Shown: positions 50,969-64,000 of the stretch, one piece after another
How positions within the stretch are numbered: the stretch's first letter is position 1
Layout of the letters: each line of letters opens with the position of its first letter
NCBI RefSeq assembly: GCF_036321535.1
Contig: NC_087437.1
Coordinates: 117,988,001-118,052,000, forward strand
Source of the DNA: Camelus dromedarius
Lineage: Eukaryota
Direction of reading: 5' to 3'
DNA length: 64,000 nucleotides
The notes under the pieces: generated by a model
What the model was told of the DNA's origin: nothing
Databases searched by the model: none
The model's input: the letters and a program-made list of their open reading frames with translations, nothing else
Program-made: the position numbers and the translations under genes

Positions 50969-51806
50969 ATGTATCCTTGCCTAACGTTTGAACAAAAACA
51001 AAAAAACAAAAAAATTACATACCTTTGAAACTTAAGTCACCTGGGTAATTTAGGTCACAAAACATGACTTGCCTTCTCAATGGGGTCATCCTAGACCCCA
51101 TCTGCAGCCCCTGCCTCCTGATACAAGTGAATACTTCCATTATTTCCCATCCCTCATGAATTAGAAAGCATTTAACTCCTCTGAACCAGCATGTTTCGGG
51201 AGTGATGTTACTCACTGGCCTGCATTATGCATGAAGTAGACTGGCCAGCAGTGCAGGGATCAGGGATCAGGTTCTACTCACAGAAATTCTGTGAGCCACA
51301 GACCTGCAAACTCCGAGGTGGACTTAATCGGTGCACTGAAAGGCCCATGTGCAGACAGCACATGTGACAGCAGGTCTGCCTTACTTTAAGTACCTTCCCT
51401 CTTCAAGACAAAGTGATTTTCTATAATCATTATAGCGAGGCCAGCAGGAAGGGCAGGACTGACAGATGCCATTGTGTTCCCGCAAATACACTGTCCATGA
51501 AAGTTTCAAAATCAAAGTTTGCCGTCAACAGTTTACATGCCGTATGTATGTTTATACATTTATAGGCTCTCGATGGGGAGGGGGAAATAGCAACACTAAA
51601 CTGAGAACGGATGAAAAAGTATACACAGAGTGTACATAAGGCATCACAAATAATGACACGAGTTAGCCCATGGAAACTGAGCCGAAGTGGGCTTTGTTTG
51701 CTCAGCTTCTAATAGACTCTAATCAAATCAGTTTGCGAGGGACTCCGGAAGCATTTTCTCTCTGTGTGGTTTTACAATAATCCTACAACCCCTGTTGTAT
51801 CTAGAA

Positions 51807-52036
51807 CAGTGGTTCTGTCCTGGGGGCAGTTCTGCCCTTCAGAGGACGTTGGGTACTATCTGGGGATACTCTGGGTCACAAGTGGCAGTGGGAGGATGGG
51901 TGATGCTGACATCTAGTGGGCAGAGGCCGGGGATGCCGCTAAGTATCTTAGATGCACAGGACAGGCTGCCACCCCCAGAACAAGAATCACCTGGCCCCAG
52001 ATGCCAGCCGTGCTGAGGCTGAGAAAGCGTGCCCTG
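51807..52036 (+). mobile_element. MER20 hAT-Charlie element, full length
   Basis: cagtggttct...catctagtgggcagaggccggggatgccgctaa...gctgagaaa...ccctg, with 8-bp TSD atctagaa/ctctagaa. Confidence 0.88.
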
Positions 52037-53877
52037 CTCTAGAACAAAGCTAGGCATAAAGCATGTCCTTTCCACTGGGATGTGTTCCATTGAAGTGAAG
52101 AGGGAGCTGGAACTTTGGATTAAAGCCGGGGCGATGCCAGGCAGTCAGTAGGTGGGAAGCTGGTGTAAACTGAAGTAAGTGGCTTGCTGTCCTCCTTAGG
52201 AGAGCTGAGCAAACACAGCCCACTGCTGCCCTGCTGCCACGAGCTAACTCAAATCAACAAGAAGGGAGAATAGCAATGCAATTTGTTCCACTTGATTACA
52301 GTTCATTTTGCTCAATAGAGAAGTCAGATTTGATGTTCGTGATCATCAAGCAGCCATCCTACAAAATGTATTTAATGAGAATGCAATGTAGTTTTAAATG
52401 CTTTCATTAATTTGATTTTTCCCCTTTTAAGACAATAAATGCCAATAACTAAGTCTGAGTCACGTTACCACTCTGAGTTTCAGTGCCTTGGTTTTAATAG
52501 TGGAGAGTTCTACTTGCTGAGTCTTTCCAAACTGGAGGTCAGGAACCCTTGCTGACAGGACACACACTTTCCCTTGGAAAGGCAAGAGCTGATATCTGTG
52601 GTCAGTTGTGAGTAAAACTCATTTCACTCTAGGAAGGTAATAAATCTCTTCATCTAAAGGGTGTGTTTGGTCAGGGGTGGGTAGAACTCAGATGCCAGGG
52701 GCTGGCAGTAGAGAATGTCCTGGTCCATCCACGTTGCCACCTTGGCAGCCAGAAATGGGGGCAGCCTGGCACTCGGGGTTGGGAGTGCAGAAGCCACATG
52801 TAACTGTCCCATAGGCATGAAGTCCATAAATCAACAATGCGGTAACATTCAAAGAGCAATGGACACTGAAGAGTAAGGTATGGGTTTTGTGCTTAGATCA
52901 CACACAGCACAGACAACTTTCCATCAGGCATCAAGAGACCAAGACTCCGATGAAGCATTTATATTTATGAATTTTACCGACCCTGGAGAAGTAACTTTAC
53001 TCCTCTGAGTTTCCTAATAAATTAACACTTGCAGAAACCCAAATACTTTTTAACCTTTAAAAACAACAGTATTTCTAATTAATTTAAGATAAAGTGTCTC
53101 AAGAACTTTTCGAATGAATGTGAGAGCTTCATTTGATGAAAGGAATCTGGTTTATAACAAAAAGTGCCAGCATGTTTCTTTAGAAAAACAGCTAATGGAA
53201 GTTCTGGTCCCTAAGAAAATTTAGATCATGAGCAACTTGAAGTTAGAATTTTCATGAACAATTCTTCAAAATTAAGCTTTATTTTTTAATTTTTTATTTT
53301 CCAATATTATTCCTCAAAAATTTTTTAAATTTGGAAAATTAACCAAGTACTATTCAAAAATTTTTACTGTTTCTGTGGTTATGGGAGAATACTACACATA
53401 TGGATTCTCTTTTTTCCTTTCCTCTTCTGTATTTTTATTTCTAAACTTTTCACCAATTTTACTAGTGCAAATTTGCTAATTCACAAAAATAACATATTAA
53501 GAATTTGTAGAGTGACAGTCTCATTTTTTCGCTTTGATTAATGAAGGAACTCAAAATATTAGATATTTTTTCAAAGTTTGCATAATGGAAAAAGTAGTAT
53601 TACATATAACGTTAAGTGCTTATATATACATGAATAACCATTTTACCTAGAGTTAAGATTTTTCATCAATGTGTTTCTATATGTGTGAGTGTAGCCAGTG
53701 AAAACTCTTGGTATGTAATATGTCAGCCAAACACAGAATCTGAACTAGCAAACTAATTCATTAAATTTTTTGGTTGAGCTTTCCAGTGAAAGGGGATTTA
53801 GGCTCAGGAAAATCTTTTTATAAAACTGGATGGAAAAATGGAAAGGCACCTTTTTAAAGAAACAACTTAAATTTCTG

Positions 53878-54415
53878 TTGACAGAGGACTGGTAAAGAAG
53901 CTGTGGTATATTTATACAATGGACTACTACTCAGCCATAAAAAAGAATAAAATAATGCCATATGTAGCAACATGGATGGATCTGGAGATCATCATTCTAA
54001 GTGAAGTAAGCCAAAAAGAGAAAGAAATATGATATCGCTTATGTGCGGAATTAAAAAAAGAAAAGAAAAGAAAAAAGAAGACACTAATGAACTTACCTAC
54101 AAAACAGAAACAGACTCACAGACATAGTAAACAAACATGGTTACAGGGGAAAAGGGGGTGCTAAGGGATAAAGTGGCAATTTGAGATTTGCAGATGTTAA
54201 CTACTATATATTAAATAGATAAAAAAACAAATTTCTTCAGTTTAGCACAGGGAATTATATTCAGTATCTTGTAGTAACCTATAATGAAAAAGAATATGAA
54301 AATGAAAATATGTATGTATGCATATGACTGAAACATTATGCTGTGCATCAGAAATTGGCACATTGTAACTGACTATACTTCAATAAAAAAATAAAATGAA
54401 AAAGAAAGAAAGAAA
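53878..54415 (+). mobile_element. 5'-truncated L1 (ORF2 end plus 3'UTR)
   Basis: ctactcagccataaaaaagaat; cagactcacagacatag; ctgactatacttcaataaaaa. Confidence 0.93.
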
Positions 54416-56199
54416 TGCATTATTAAAAAATTCACGGATACCTGTGAAACTCAAGCAACTCTGTTTAATTCACATGGCATCGATACCACTGACATGCCAG
54501 AGAGATCTTAGAAAAGTTCATCATAATTTTACAAATACATACGTTTGTACTATTTGTGTTTTTAAATACTGTTCTTAAAGTGGATCTTTATTTGTGATGT
54601 ATTTATTTCACACAAGCATATACATATAATAGAGCATAAAATAAATCTACTTGGGAACAAAAAACTAAACTGAAGAGTGACACCATCCCTCCAGCATTTG
54701 GGGGACAGAGAGTGTCTCCTTCTTTCCTGTATAGCAGCAGGCAGGGACGCAATTACAGCCAGATCAAAACAGATGCCTTAGAGGACCAGCTCTGTGTGGG
54801 GTGATATACACAGAACCACCACCGTCCATCACAGAACTTGGGGCTTTCTGTTACAGGCCCCAAATCATCATGAAACAAGCATTATTTGGGTAAGAAGGAC
54901 AATTATGCATTGTTGAATCAGACCTCCCCAGATTTTATCAGTGGTTTGCTAAGATATTAAAGCAATAACTTTTCAGAATAAGTTTGGTTTTCATCACCAG
55001 GCCTCTGTGCACGGAGGAAATATCATTGTCTTGAATCTGAACGCTCCAGCTCTTCGTTTATTATCAGTTTCTCTCCTCTCCTGCTCTTTCTCATTTTGCT
55101 TACTTGCTGTCCGTCTCTGCAATGTCCAGCTGGTCATCCTCAGTGCCCTCGGGCTGCTCACGTTCACAGCCTCTTCCCCAGCACCATCTGCTGCTTTGGT
55201 CTTCTCTTTCCCTTCTTGGGCATCGCACTGTCTGTGGTTGGAATGGGGTCTCATCCAGTGAAAAAGAACATGGACTGGAAAGTCAGGCAGGTTCTGTTCT
55301 TGGATGTGTGGCCTCACAAAGTCTGCCAAATGCTCTGCGGCACCCCTTTTCCAGTTCCAGCCAACAGGGCTCCTAATGCAAACACCTGTACCCTGACCTG
55401 ACCTGAGAGTCTTCTCCAGCCAGCAAATAGGACAGGGGGTGCTGGCGGTCAGAGCCCCAGGAGCAGCCCGCACGCAGCCCTTGACAGAGCAGGTTCCTCC
55501 TCCCTAGGTCTGACCACTCTGAAGTGTGCTGGGCCAGCTCTCTCAGGGCTCCCATGTGAGACCGAGCCCCATTACAAAGGGCAGCCCCACTGGACAACAA
55601 GCGCAATTGGCTGCTTCCATTCCCCAGTTCCTCAGGGTATTTTCTGGCACTGCCTCTGAAAGCAACTGTCTGCACTCAATTTCCCATCTTGGGGTCTACT
55701 TCTGGGGGACCCCAGCCTATGAGAGGACCGGTCAGCAGCTCAGACGGGGAACGGCCCCCATATGTGGTACTCTCTCTTCTAGGGCCAGGCTGTGCTCACC
55801 CAGAGCCCTGTGAGCACTTGGCAGGGACCAAGCTTCCTCCAGAGAACCCTAAGTGTAGAGGAGAAAGCATGTGTGACTTAGCACAAGACAGTTTCCAGGG
55901 AAGGGCCCCCGCCCCAAGCCAAATCACACTCACTCTGACTCGGCTAATTCAGGCTGAGGGCGCAGGGGCTGTTTGGGGTGAGAGGGCCCCAGGACTCTCA
56001 AATGCTCATCTTGTGATGATGGGATGAGAGCATTAAACAGGATCCTCCCACTGTCCCCCCTTGACCAGCCCAGGAGAAGACAAAGCATCGTCCAGGAGAG
56101 GGCTGGGCTGAGAGCTGGTGTGGCAGAGGGTGGGATTTGGGGTATGGAAGACAATGAGAGCAATCCAAGCGCCTGCAGGAGGGCCAGGCACTCTCCAGC

Positions 56200-56560
56200 C
56201 TGATTCTAGGGTAGTTTGGAGAGAACCACAGGAGGTGGCCTTGGATCTTGCATTGACCCCTAGCATGTGGTAGAGTCTCTCTATGTCAGCAGGGAGCTGG
56301 GCTTTCAAGGGGCCTTGGGCACTTCTGCTGTCTCTGAGTTCTGCTGTGGTGCCCTGTGCACAGCCCAGGCTGGCCTGCTGGCTGACAGGACAACAGCCCT
56401 AGCACGCAGCTGGCCGGCCACCTCCCTGACCGGCCGCCGATCACAAACTCATGGCTGAGCCCAGCTGAGCCCAGCCTGAACTGCCAGCCTACAGAAGCAT
56501 GAGCCAAATAAAGAGCTATCGTTTCAAGACACTGACTTTGGGAGGTTCGTCACACACTGA
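56200..56560 (+). mobile_element. Older MLT1-type LTR remnant
   Basis: cagctgagcccagcctgaactgccagcctacagaagcatgagccaaataaa...tttgggaggtt is a typical MLT1F-J 3' half. Confidence 0.6.
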
Positions 56561-59111
56561 TGGATGACTGTGCACCCTGGATCAAGTCTAACATGCCCAT
56601 CTTGCAGTGCCCATTTTGGCTGCTCTGGCTTCTGGGGCAAAGGGAATACGAAGCCACTCTTGGCTCTGTAAGCGGGATCTTGTGTGAAATTCTGAGATGG
56701 GAGCCCTATGCGTGGTCTCCCATCTTTTTCTCTGAAGACTGCACTCCTCGAAGTCGGGGGACCCCAGAGTGAGCCTCCAGTCCAGTCATCAGGGAGATTT
56801 CCACACTGTAAAGTGACACATGCTGGTAGCCATCCTCCATCTTTGGGTCCCAAAATCTCACAGCCCCATTTAAAAATTCTAAGCCCCAAAGCAATCCCGT
56901 TGCACTGGGGTGTTTCAGTACCAAAGACCACAGTATTCCTGCAAAGGCCTGGTGATGATTTTTGGTAAATTATCATTGATTTAACCTCACAAAGATCTAA
57001 TATAAACATACAGCCACAGCCACAAGTCCTGGGTCATATTTGATGGCGAAATGCCAGAATTCCCTTATATGCTGGATTCTCTTCTTTAGTCTCTGTGGCT
57101 CAGATAAGATGTAAGAGACATAGGCAAGACTCACGATGTTCATTTAAGGACGGAAGCAGCCCCTAAGAACATCATGAATTCATTCTGCTATATTAATTCT
57201 GGGTTTCTTTTATTTTATTGTACATATTCAATGATTATAAAAAAATAAATGCTTTTTACAGGTAGAATATGCATAAACATTTGCCCTGACTTTTCCAGGA
57301 CAGCCCTGATTTAGCCTATCCCTTCCCAGTATTACACTGGCTGGCGTCCTTCCTTGAACTGAACAAAGGAATCGCTTCCTGTAGTCTCCACGTCCTGACA
57401 TGGCGGCACTGCTGTCCTAGATCACGGATAGACTGTGTCTGCTTCTGCCTCATCTGCCTAACAAATGTTCAGTTCCTCAAGGTCACAAGGCTGGAGGAAT
57501 GCCCTCTTATATCGCCCCTCCCTTGCTGAAGGATAGTGAGGGTATGTTTTTGCCTTTGCTGAGCTGGCCTTAATAAATCACCTTCTAAGTCAGTGTCTCT
57601 GATTTCAAAATTCTGGAAGACAGAGAGTGTAGCAACAAGTAGTTGGGGGTAAGAAGCAGTCAGAGAGTCTCCCAGGTAAGACGTGTTTTGTCCTTGACAG
57701 TGTCATTTCCATTTTCAGCCTCTCCTCTTTCTCAGAGTACACAGGACACACAGCTTTGGGGAGAGCGTCCAGTGAGCCACCAGGAAGCCTTCACCTGCCT
57801 CCCAATAGAAAAGGACCTGACATGCCTCTCTCATGAGTGGTGTATGTTTCTATCACAGAACATGGTCTTGGTGGCTGTTGATAGCTTTCACTCTGGAATA
57901 TGAATGATGTTGGCAAAGATTCCACTCCAAGTTCTAATATTTGCCTGTGTTAATGAGGAATTACCTTATCTTAAAAGTCTTGGATCCTTTCCATGCCTTT
58001 CAGAGGCAGACAGGTCTTCTTAATTCAAAGCACTCAGCTGATCAAAGAGGTCTGCACCTCATCCTCCAAGCCTAGTGGTCCCTCCTGTCCATCAACCAAT
58101 AGTTCACAGTTGTCGCCTCACATCAGCTCCTACTTGGACCACAATATGATTGGGTAAGAAACATTCGAGGTAGATTTCTGAACTTTTTAGCTATTTAGAT
58201 ATAAAAAGCTTGAAGAGTGTTGGAAGTTTCCCAGTGTGGAAGAGTGTTTGTAACCACCTTCAGAACCCCCTTTCTTCTCAAAGGGGATCTTTCTTTTCTA
58301 TAAAAGCATCAGAGTATTAGGATGACCCTTGGCCACCTATCCCTGTGCTACCCCCTCTTTCTTCCCTTTATGCTAAGAGAACAGAACTAAGACCCTTTAT
58401 TTACCCAGAAAGCACAGTTACAGGAGGCAATAAAGTTTATGTAAACAGGCTTGCCATTTTTATTCCCCAGTGGCCCCAGTGATATTTTGAAGAAACAATT
58501 TCTACATTAAAGATACACTGTTTTAACTCTAAGGGTGCTGTTTATTTTCAAGAGATGCCTTACAATGAGAATGAAATAAGAAGAAGAACGAAGCATCCTT
58601 TCCAGTCGCCTCAGGCCCACTTCAGTCACCCTCTGGTTCAGCTCAGCACTGCCCCTCAAAGAGGCTGGACCAGACAGAACACACCAGATACACATCCACT
58701 GCTGCTTCCTGACATGTGTATCTTCCTAGACTAATTGTTCTCATGCTGGAATTGACCTTCCTGTTCTCCTTTGTGGAGTCACATCCAGACCTGACAAGCT
58801 CTTTCTTCTTCAGCTGGCCTCTGTTAGTAAACAAGAAGTGCTTTTTATGATCAAGAAGAGAAAGAAGCCCTAGCCCTTGAGTTGACCAGTTGTCTACAGT
58901 TTATCTACTGGGAGCCCTGGTTTTATGAGGATCCTCTAACTGTTTTTACATCATTGAATGTAAGCCTTCTGCCCCATTCTGTCATGATAAGACAATTCTG
59001 AATGATCCCACATTCCCCCTATAAAAGTGCCTAACAAATTTAAAACAGCAGATAACCTAAAATAATCTCTTTTCACATTAAAATATTCCCAGAGAACATT
59101 TAGCAGGAGGA

Positions 59112-59726
59112 CAGAAATAGGTGAGGGAGATTAAGAGGTACGGAATTCCAGTTGCAAAATAAACGAGTCACGGGTATGAAATACACAGTGTGAGGAACAT
59201 AGTTAATAATTATGTAATATCTTTGTGTGGTGTCAGATTATAACTAGACTTATCATGGTGATCATTTTGAAATGTACAGAAATGTCAAATCACTGCCATG
59301 TAACAGGAACTAATGTAGTGTTGTAGGTCAATTATACTCCAAAAACAGACAAACCCATAGAAAAAGAGATCAGATTTGTGGTTACCAGAGGTGGAGGGGG
59401 CTGGAGGCAGTTAAATGGTACAAACTCCCAGTTATAAGATAAATAAGTACTAGGGAAGTAATATACGGCATGATTGCTATAATTAACATAGCTGTATGTT
59501 ATACATAAAAGCTGTTTAGAGAGTAAATCGTAAGAGGTCTCATCACAAAGAAGGAAACATTTTCTATTTCTTTAACTTTCTATCTTTATAAGACAATGTT
59601 CACTAAACTTACTGTGATAATGACTTTACGATGTATGTAAGTCAAATCATTATGCTGTACTGCATACCTTAACCTTGTACAGGGCTGTATGTCAAATTAC
59701 ACCTCAATAAAATTGGAAGGAAAAAA
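59112..59726 (+). mobile_element. L1MA9-like 3'UTR fragment
   Basis: gagggagattaagaggtac; ccagttataagataaataagtactaggga; gctgtatgtcaaattacacctcaataaaattggaa. Confidence 0.85.
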
Positions 59727-59759
59727 TGTTCCCAGAGGAAATATATTTTCTCATATACA

Positions 59760-60610
59760 AAACCAGTCTCACTCCACCAGGAAATTGCAGGGACAATTTG
59801 AAGTCAATCCATCCAATACTGAACTCCGCCAGCTCCACCTTAAACTCACTCTTCAAATGGTTCCCTCTATGCAGGTCCAAATTTCCATCACCCACCCTGT
59901 TACCTGATGAGGAAGTTACCACACCCTCCCTATTTGTTCCTTCTCCCTCTCAGCACCCACAGTGTCACCAAAACCATGTGGTTTTCTGCCATAGCATCTC
60001 CCAGCTCCACCTGCTCTCTGCATCCCCACTTGTCCAGTGGTTCAAGCCTCCCCTAACTCTTCCCAGATTAGGACACATTTCGTATGCTTATATTTACCCT
60101 CCTTCTGGTGCTGGCCTGCCCAGTTCCCCCAACCATTTGCCACACCTCAGGCAGGGTAAAATTTATACTATGTTTGATTGTGTCTCTCCCAAGCAATGAT
60201 CTCTCTGTGTCTCTTCAATACTAAGAGGACCATTATCACGGCATTCAGGACATGAGAGGTTAAGTACCTGCTGGCATCAGCAGCCTTGCCTTCTGCTCAG
60301 GCTGTTCCTCACCTCAAGCGTACCAGACTCTCTCTGGTCTCCAGGTTCCCTCTGCGTGATTCACCTCCACCCCTGCTTGCCATCAGTTTGTCTCACCCCT
60401 ATTTCTCTTCCCAGGTCTCAGTCTGCTCACCTTTTCTACAGGTGACGTGCCCACGGGTCCCCATCACTTATCCCGCCACTAGCACACATCACCGTTCCAC
60501 CACAGCCTGCGGGCGTCAGCGCCTGCACCGCAGACAGGTGAGCAGGGCCCCTGTCAACATCGGGCCCCTGTGCCTGGCGGTTTCCTGCTCAGAGAGGCAG
60601 CTGCTCAGAC
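59760..60610 (+). mobile_element. Degraded L2
   Basis: C/T-rich L2-like body (ccttgccttctgctcaggctgttcc; caggtctcagtctgctcaccttttc). Confidence 0.55.
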
Positions 60611-63344
60611 AGTATGGGGTGAAGGCAGGACAGAGTGGATTCCACCGTCCAACACGAGGTGACGCGTAGACGCGGCACTGGGCTTGGGAGGGATAAATGT
60701 TGAGTCCAAGGATGTTCAGCCACAAGGAAGCAGAACTGGGGTCCGACTGCCCTCCCAGACTTTTGAGAACGTTTACCTTATGTTTTAATAAACTTTTAAA
60801 AACTCTTATCACTGCTTAAGAGAAAACTCATACATATTGAGTAGTTCTAAATCAATGTTTGTATAAAAGAGGTTGTCTTCAATATTTTACACAAAGAAGT
60901 TCTAAACGTCAAACTGGTTCACACGTCACACTTGGTGGGGAAAACCAAGAATGAGCTGTGAGGCTGAAGCACTAACACACTTCAGTGAGGACAGCTGCTG
61001 GTTTCCAGTAAAACAAATCGTTTGCCTCATCCCTCCTCCCAAACCAAATTCTATCTGCTCTTTCAAGGCAGAAATCTCTCTGGCCCCGTTTTAGGAGCTG
61101 GAGGCACATCACTGAATGAGCAGAGCATAGGCCCTGGGTGTGGGGGACACGGGCCACCAACCACATAAGTGTACATGGAGTTTGTGTGGCAGTAACGAAC
61201 GTTACAGAGGAAAACGAAAGGAAGAGTCGTAAGAAATGTCCATGCAGTCCTGGTTTCAAATATGGTGGTCAGACAGGTTTTTCTGGAGGCACACAAAGCT
61301 CTGGACCAAAAAAAAATCAGAGATAGGACATCGAGGGTGGTGGGTGTTCTATGATGTAAGATGGTCACTGTGAGGAGCAGAGACACAGAGGAAAAGGGTG
61401 AGAGAGGCTGTGATTAGCTGGGGGAGAGCTTTCTCATCAGAGACGCCTACAAATGGAACCACTGAGACAGCATGTGGGAGTGTCTGGAGTGGACTAAGGA
61501 GAGAGGGACCCCGAGGCCAGGTCCCAAGGCTCGGGGACATCTCACAGTGCCCTGGGGACCACCGCAGAAGCCTCAGTCAATGATGGAGTCAGAGCTAAGC
61601 CTAGATGTGTGTGTGTGTTAAAACAAAGAATGTCGTGTGATTTGATTGACTTCTACCAGAAGGACAGAAAAATACATCACTTGTAGCTGGACAGCAAGGG
61701 CAGGGAAGCTGAGTAAACAGGGACATGGAAGATGTTACAGCTGTGTCCGGATAAGGTAAACTCAGTGGGAACTCATTATCATCCTTCATAGTGATCAAAA
61801 TACCCTCATCTCTGGCCTGGGTGTGTGATTAGCGCCAGACATCTGTGAATGCATAGTAAAACCACTTTCTTTGTGTTCTGCTATAAACATACAGACTTAC
61901 AATAGCTGACTTATTCCACACCTATTTAAAAACTGGTTCCCTTTCTTCAGTTTCCTAATTAAAGATCTGAAGCGTAAAACTTAACCAACGTCCAAGTATT
62001 GTTCAAAGAAATGAATCCAGCTCTCTATCCATTTTCCCATCCATTCATTCATCCAACCCCCACTCCCATCCATCCCTGCAACTATCCATCCCTCCTCCCT
62101 CCACTGAAGTTTGAAAATTAGTCCCTAAAGCCTATTTAGGTGCTTATAGCACATTACCGCTCACAACACTCTGGCTGCTTAGGAGTTAACTTCCTGAAAC
62201 AGGTTACCTCGTAAGAGTTCTTCGGATTGTCTGTGAGGTCTTCCCTTACCAATACCTGGTGCCTTGTAAGTATGATTTGAATGTAAAGTGGTCCAATATT
62301 TTAAAATTTACTTGAGTGACTTTGCTTTTACTTTATTCCTAAGGAAGATCAGAAGTTTATAAAAGAGAGGATAAACTCTTAACGCCAATGCTCTGTACTA
62401 AAATAAAAATTTAAACAGGCAACTATAAGCGTTTTTTACCCACTGAAATTAGGATAGTCCCAAGTTATGGCATGTGAATTTTTTTCATGAAAATTGACTT
62501 TTGTAACAAGAATGGAAAATTTCACCCCAGGTGGCAAAATCAATTCCGATTCCTTCTGACATTTTCTAACCTTCGGATTTCTCTAGGAGCAAAGTAGCTG
62601 TATAAAGATTATATTCTTGGATATTAATTATTTCGAGGAATTTCCGAGGGGGATAAAAGTAAATGTCATTTGTGACAGTTCAGAATAAAGTCAAGGTTTG
62701 CTTTCTCTGGCTTATAAGAGGGAAGAAAAATAGGAAGATCGAGTAGAAAATGCATGCATCTCAGCTATAGCTGAAGGGGGCCTCCCGCATCACGAGAGGA
62801 TGCAAGGTGACCCACTGTGCAGACTCTGAGATGGTAACCCGAACTCCTGCAGGCATGTCCCCAGCCTTTTCATTTCACTCTTCAGGGCGATGACATATGT
62901 CATCAGGTGTTCCTTTTTAGGAACAGATTTCATAAGATGCTGCCTTGACCAACATTCTTTTCACTTCAAGAGCATTAATCCCATTTATTATCCAGAACAA
63001 CTATTTAGGAGTGACATGTACCTTTTAATTTATCCATCATTTTACTCAATAATTCTGTATAAGATAATGAGCCCACATCACTTTCAGTATTACTTTCACT
63101 TTATTTAGTATTTACGAGCCTCTGATTTGGAAATAACGCACCAGACAGCGGGTGGACATGATGCTCTCTCCCAGCACTGCCTCTGGAGCCGTCACAGCAT
63201 TTTAATCAAGTCTCTGAACCTCGGTGATGTCATCTAACACAGGATAAGAAAAAGAGAACTCTAGTTTGGGGGAAGAGGATGGACTTTAGTGACAGATATC
63301 CCTGGATTTGACCAAATCTCCATTTCCCCAAAAGGGGGTCAGGG

Positions 63345-63578
63345 GTCAGAGTGATACCAAGTCATTGGGTTTTAATCCTGATCTGCCATTTATTTCTACC
63401 TAATCCGCTTGTGTACTTATATCCTCTGTGCCTAATTATTCTAATTTGTAGAACGGATATAATGACACTCCCTGTTCTAAAGGTTTATTGGAGAATTAAG
63501 TAGAATCATCCATATCATAAGGCTTGGAACAGTGCTTCATATAGAGTAAGCACTAAACCAATGTTTACTCTTCTTATT
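63345..63578 (+). mobile_element. MIR SINE
   Basis: gggttttaatcctgatctgccattta...ctctgtgcct...ggaacagtgc...gtaagcact. Confidence 0.75.
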
Positions 63579-63674
63579 GTAACACAGAGGGACTTGGGCA
63601 AATAATTTCCCTAGATTTATGTCCTCATCCATAAAGTCAGGCCAAAATAAGAACAGAATCATTTTAAAAAAAAA

Positions 63675-63759
63675 TTTTTAACAGAGGTACTGGGAATTGA
63701 ACCCAGGACCTCATGCACACTAAGCATTCACTCTACCACTGAGCTAGACCCACCCCCCT
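63675..63759 (-). mobile_element. tRNA-derived SINE (Vic-1-like, short tail)
   Basis: gaggtactgggaattgaacccaggacc...ctctaccactgagcta. Confidence 0.88.
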
Positions 63760-63987
63760 AAATTTAGGAGTCTGAGATTTGCAAATGTTAGCCACTATAT
63801 ATAAAAATAGATTTAAAAAAATGTCTTCTGTATAGCACAGGGAACTATATTCAATATCTTATAACAGCCTTTAATGAAAAAGAATATAAAAACAATATAT
63901 GTATGGCTATGCGTGACTGGTACACTGTGCTGTACACCAGAAACTGACACATTGTTACTGACTATACTTCAATAAAAAAAAATAAGA
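63760..63987 (+). mobile_element. Short L1 3'UTR fragment
   Basis: ggagtctgagatttgcaaatg...tagcacagggaactatattc...actatacttcaataaaa. Confidence 0.9.
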
Positions 63988-64000
63988 AAGAACAGAGTCA

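Noticed and set aside
54994..55473. 159-aa minus ORF and overlapping ORFs, considered as a processed pseudogene
   Set aside because: No frame matches a protein I recognise, and I see no poly(A) or TSD. A tblastx search would settle it.
1..64000. CRISPR array, operon or other prokaryote-type system
   Set aside because: The sequence is mammalian repeat-rich DNA with no regularly spaced repeat-spacer array and no dense ORFs.

Overview
Mammalian, very probably camelid, genomic DNA: four tRNA-derived SINEs match my recollection of the camelid Vic-1 family, and I saw no BovB/Bov-tA, PRE-1, Alu or B1 copies. I find no credible host protein-coding exon. All recognisable protein similarity is degraded LINE-1 ORF2 (1-3478 and ~44955-45810). 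The window reads as a repeat-rich intronic or intergenic interval: young and old L1 fragments, HAL1, L2, CR1/L3, MIRs, MaLR/ERVL solo LTRs, hAT MITEs (MER5A, MER20, MER53) and microsatellites. Signals beyond the repeat annotation: a convergent pair of strong CTCF motifs (8869 +, 44601 -), an RFX X-box cluster in unique DNA (48.9-49.5 kb), three micro-templated insertion/snap-back scars, two SINE+L1 composites each enclosed by one TSD-like pair, and patches of apparent AT->GC biased substitution in old repeats. I do not see evidence of a novel multi-gene system. Family names come from memory of consensus sequences, boundaries are approximate, and both need RepeatMasker/Dfam confirmation.
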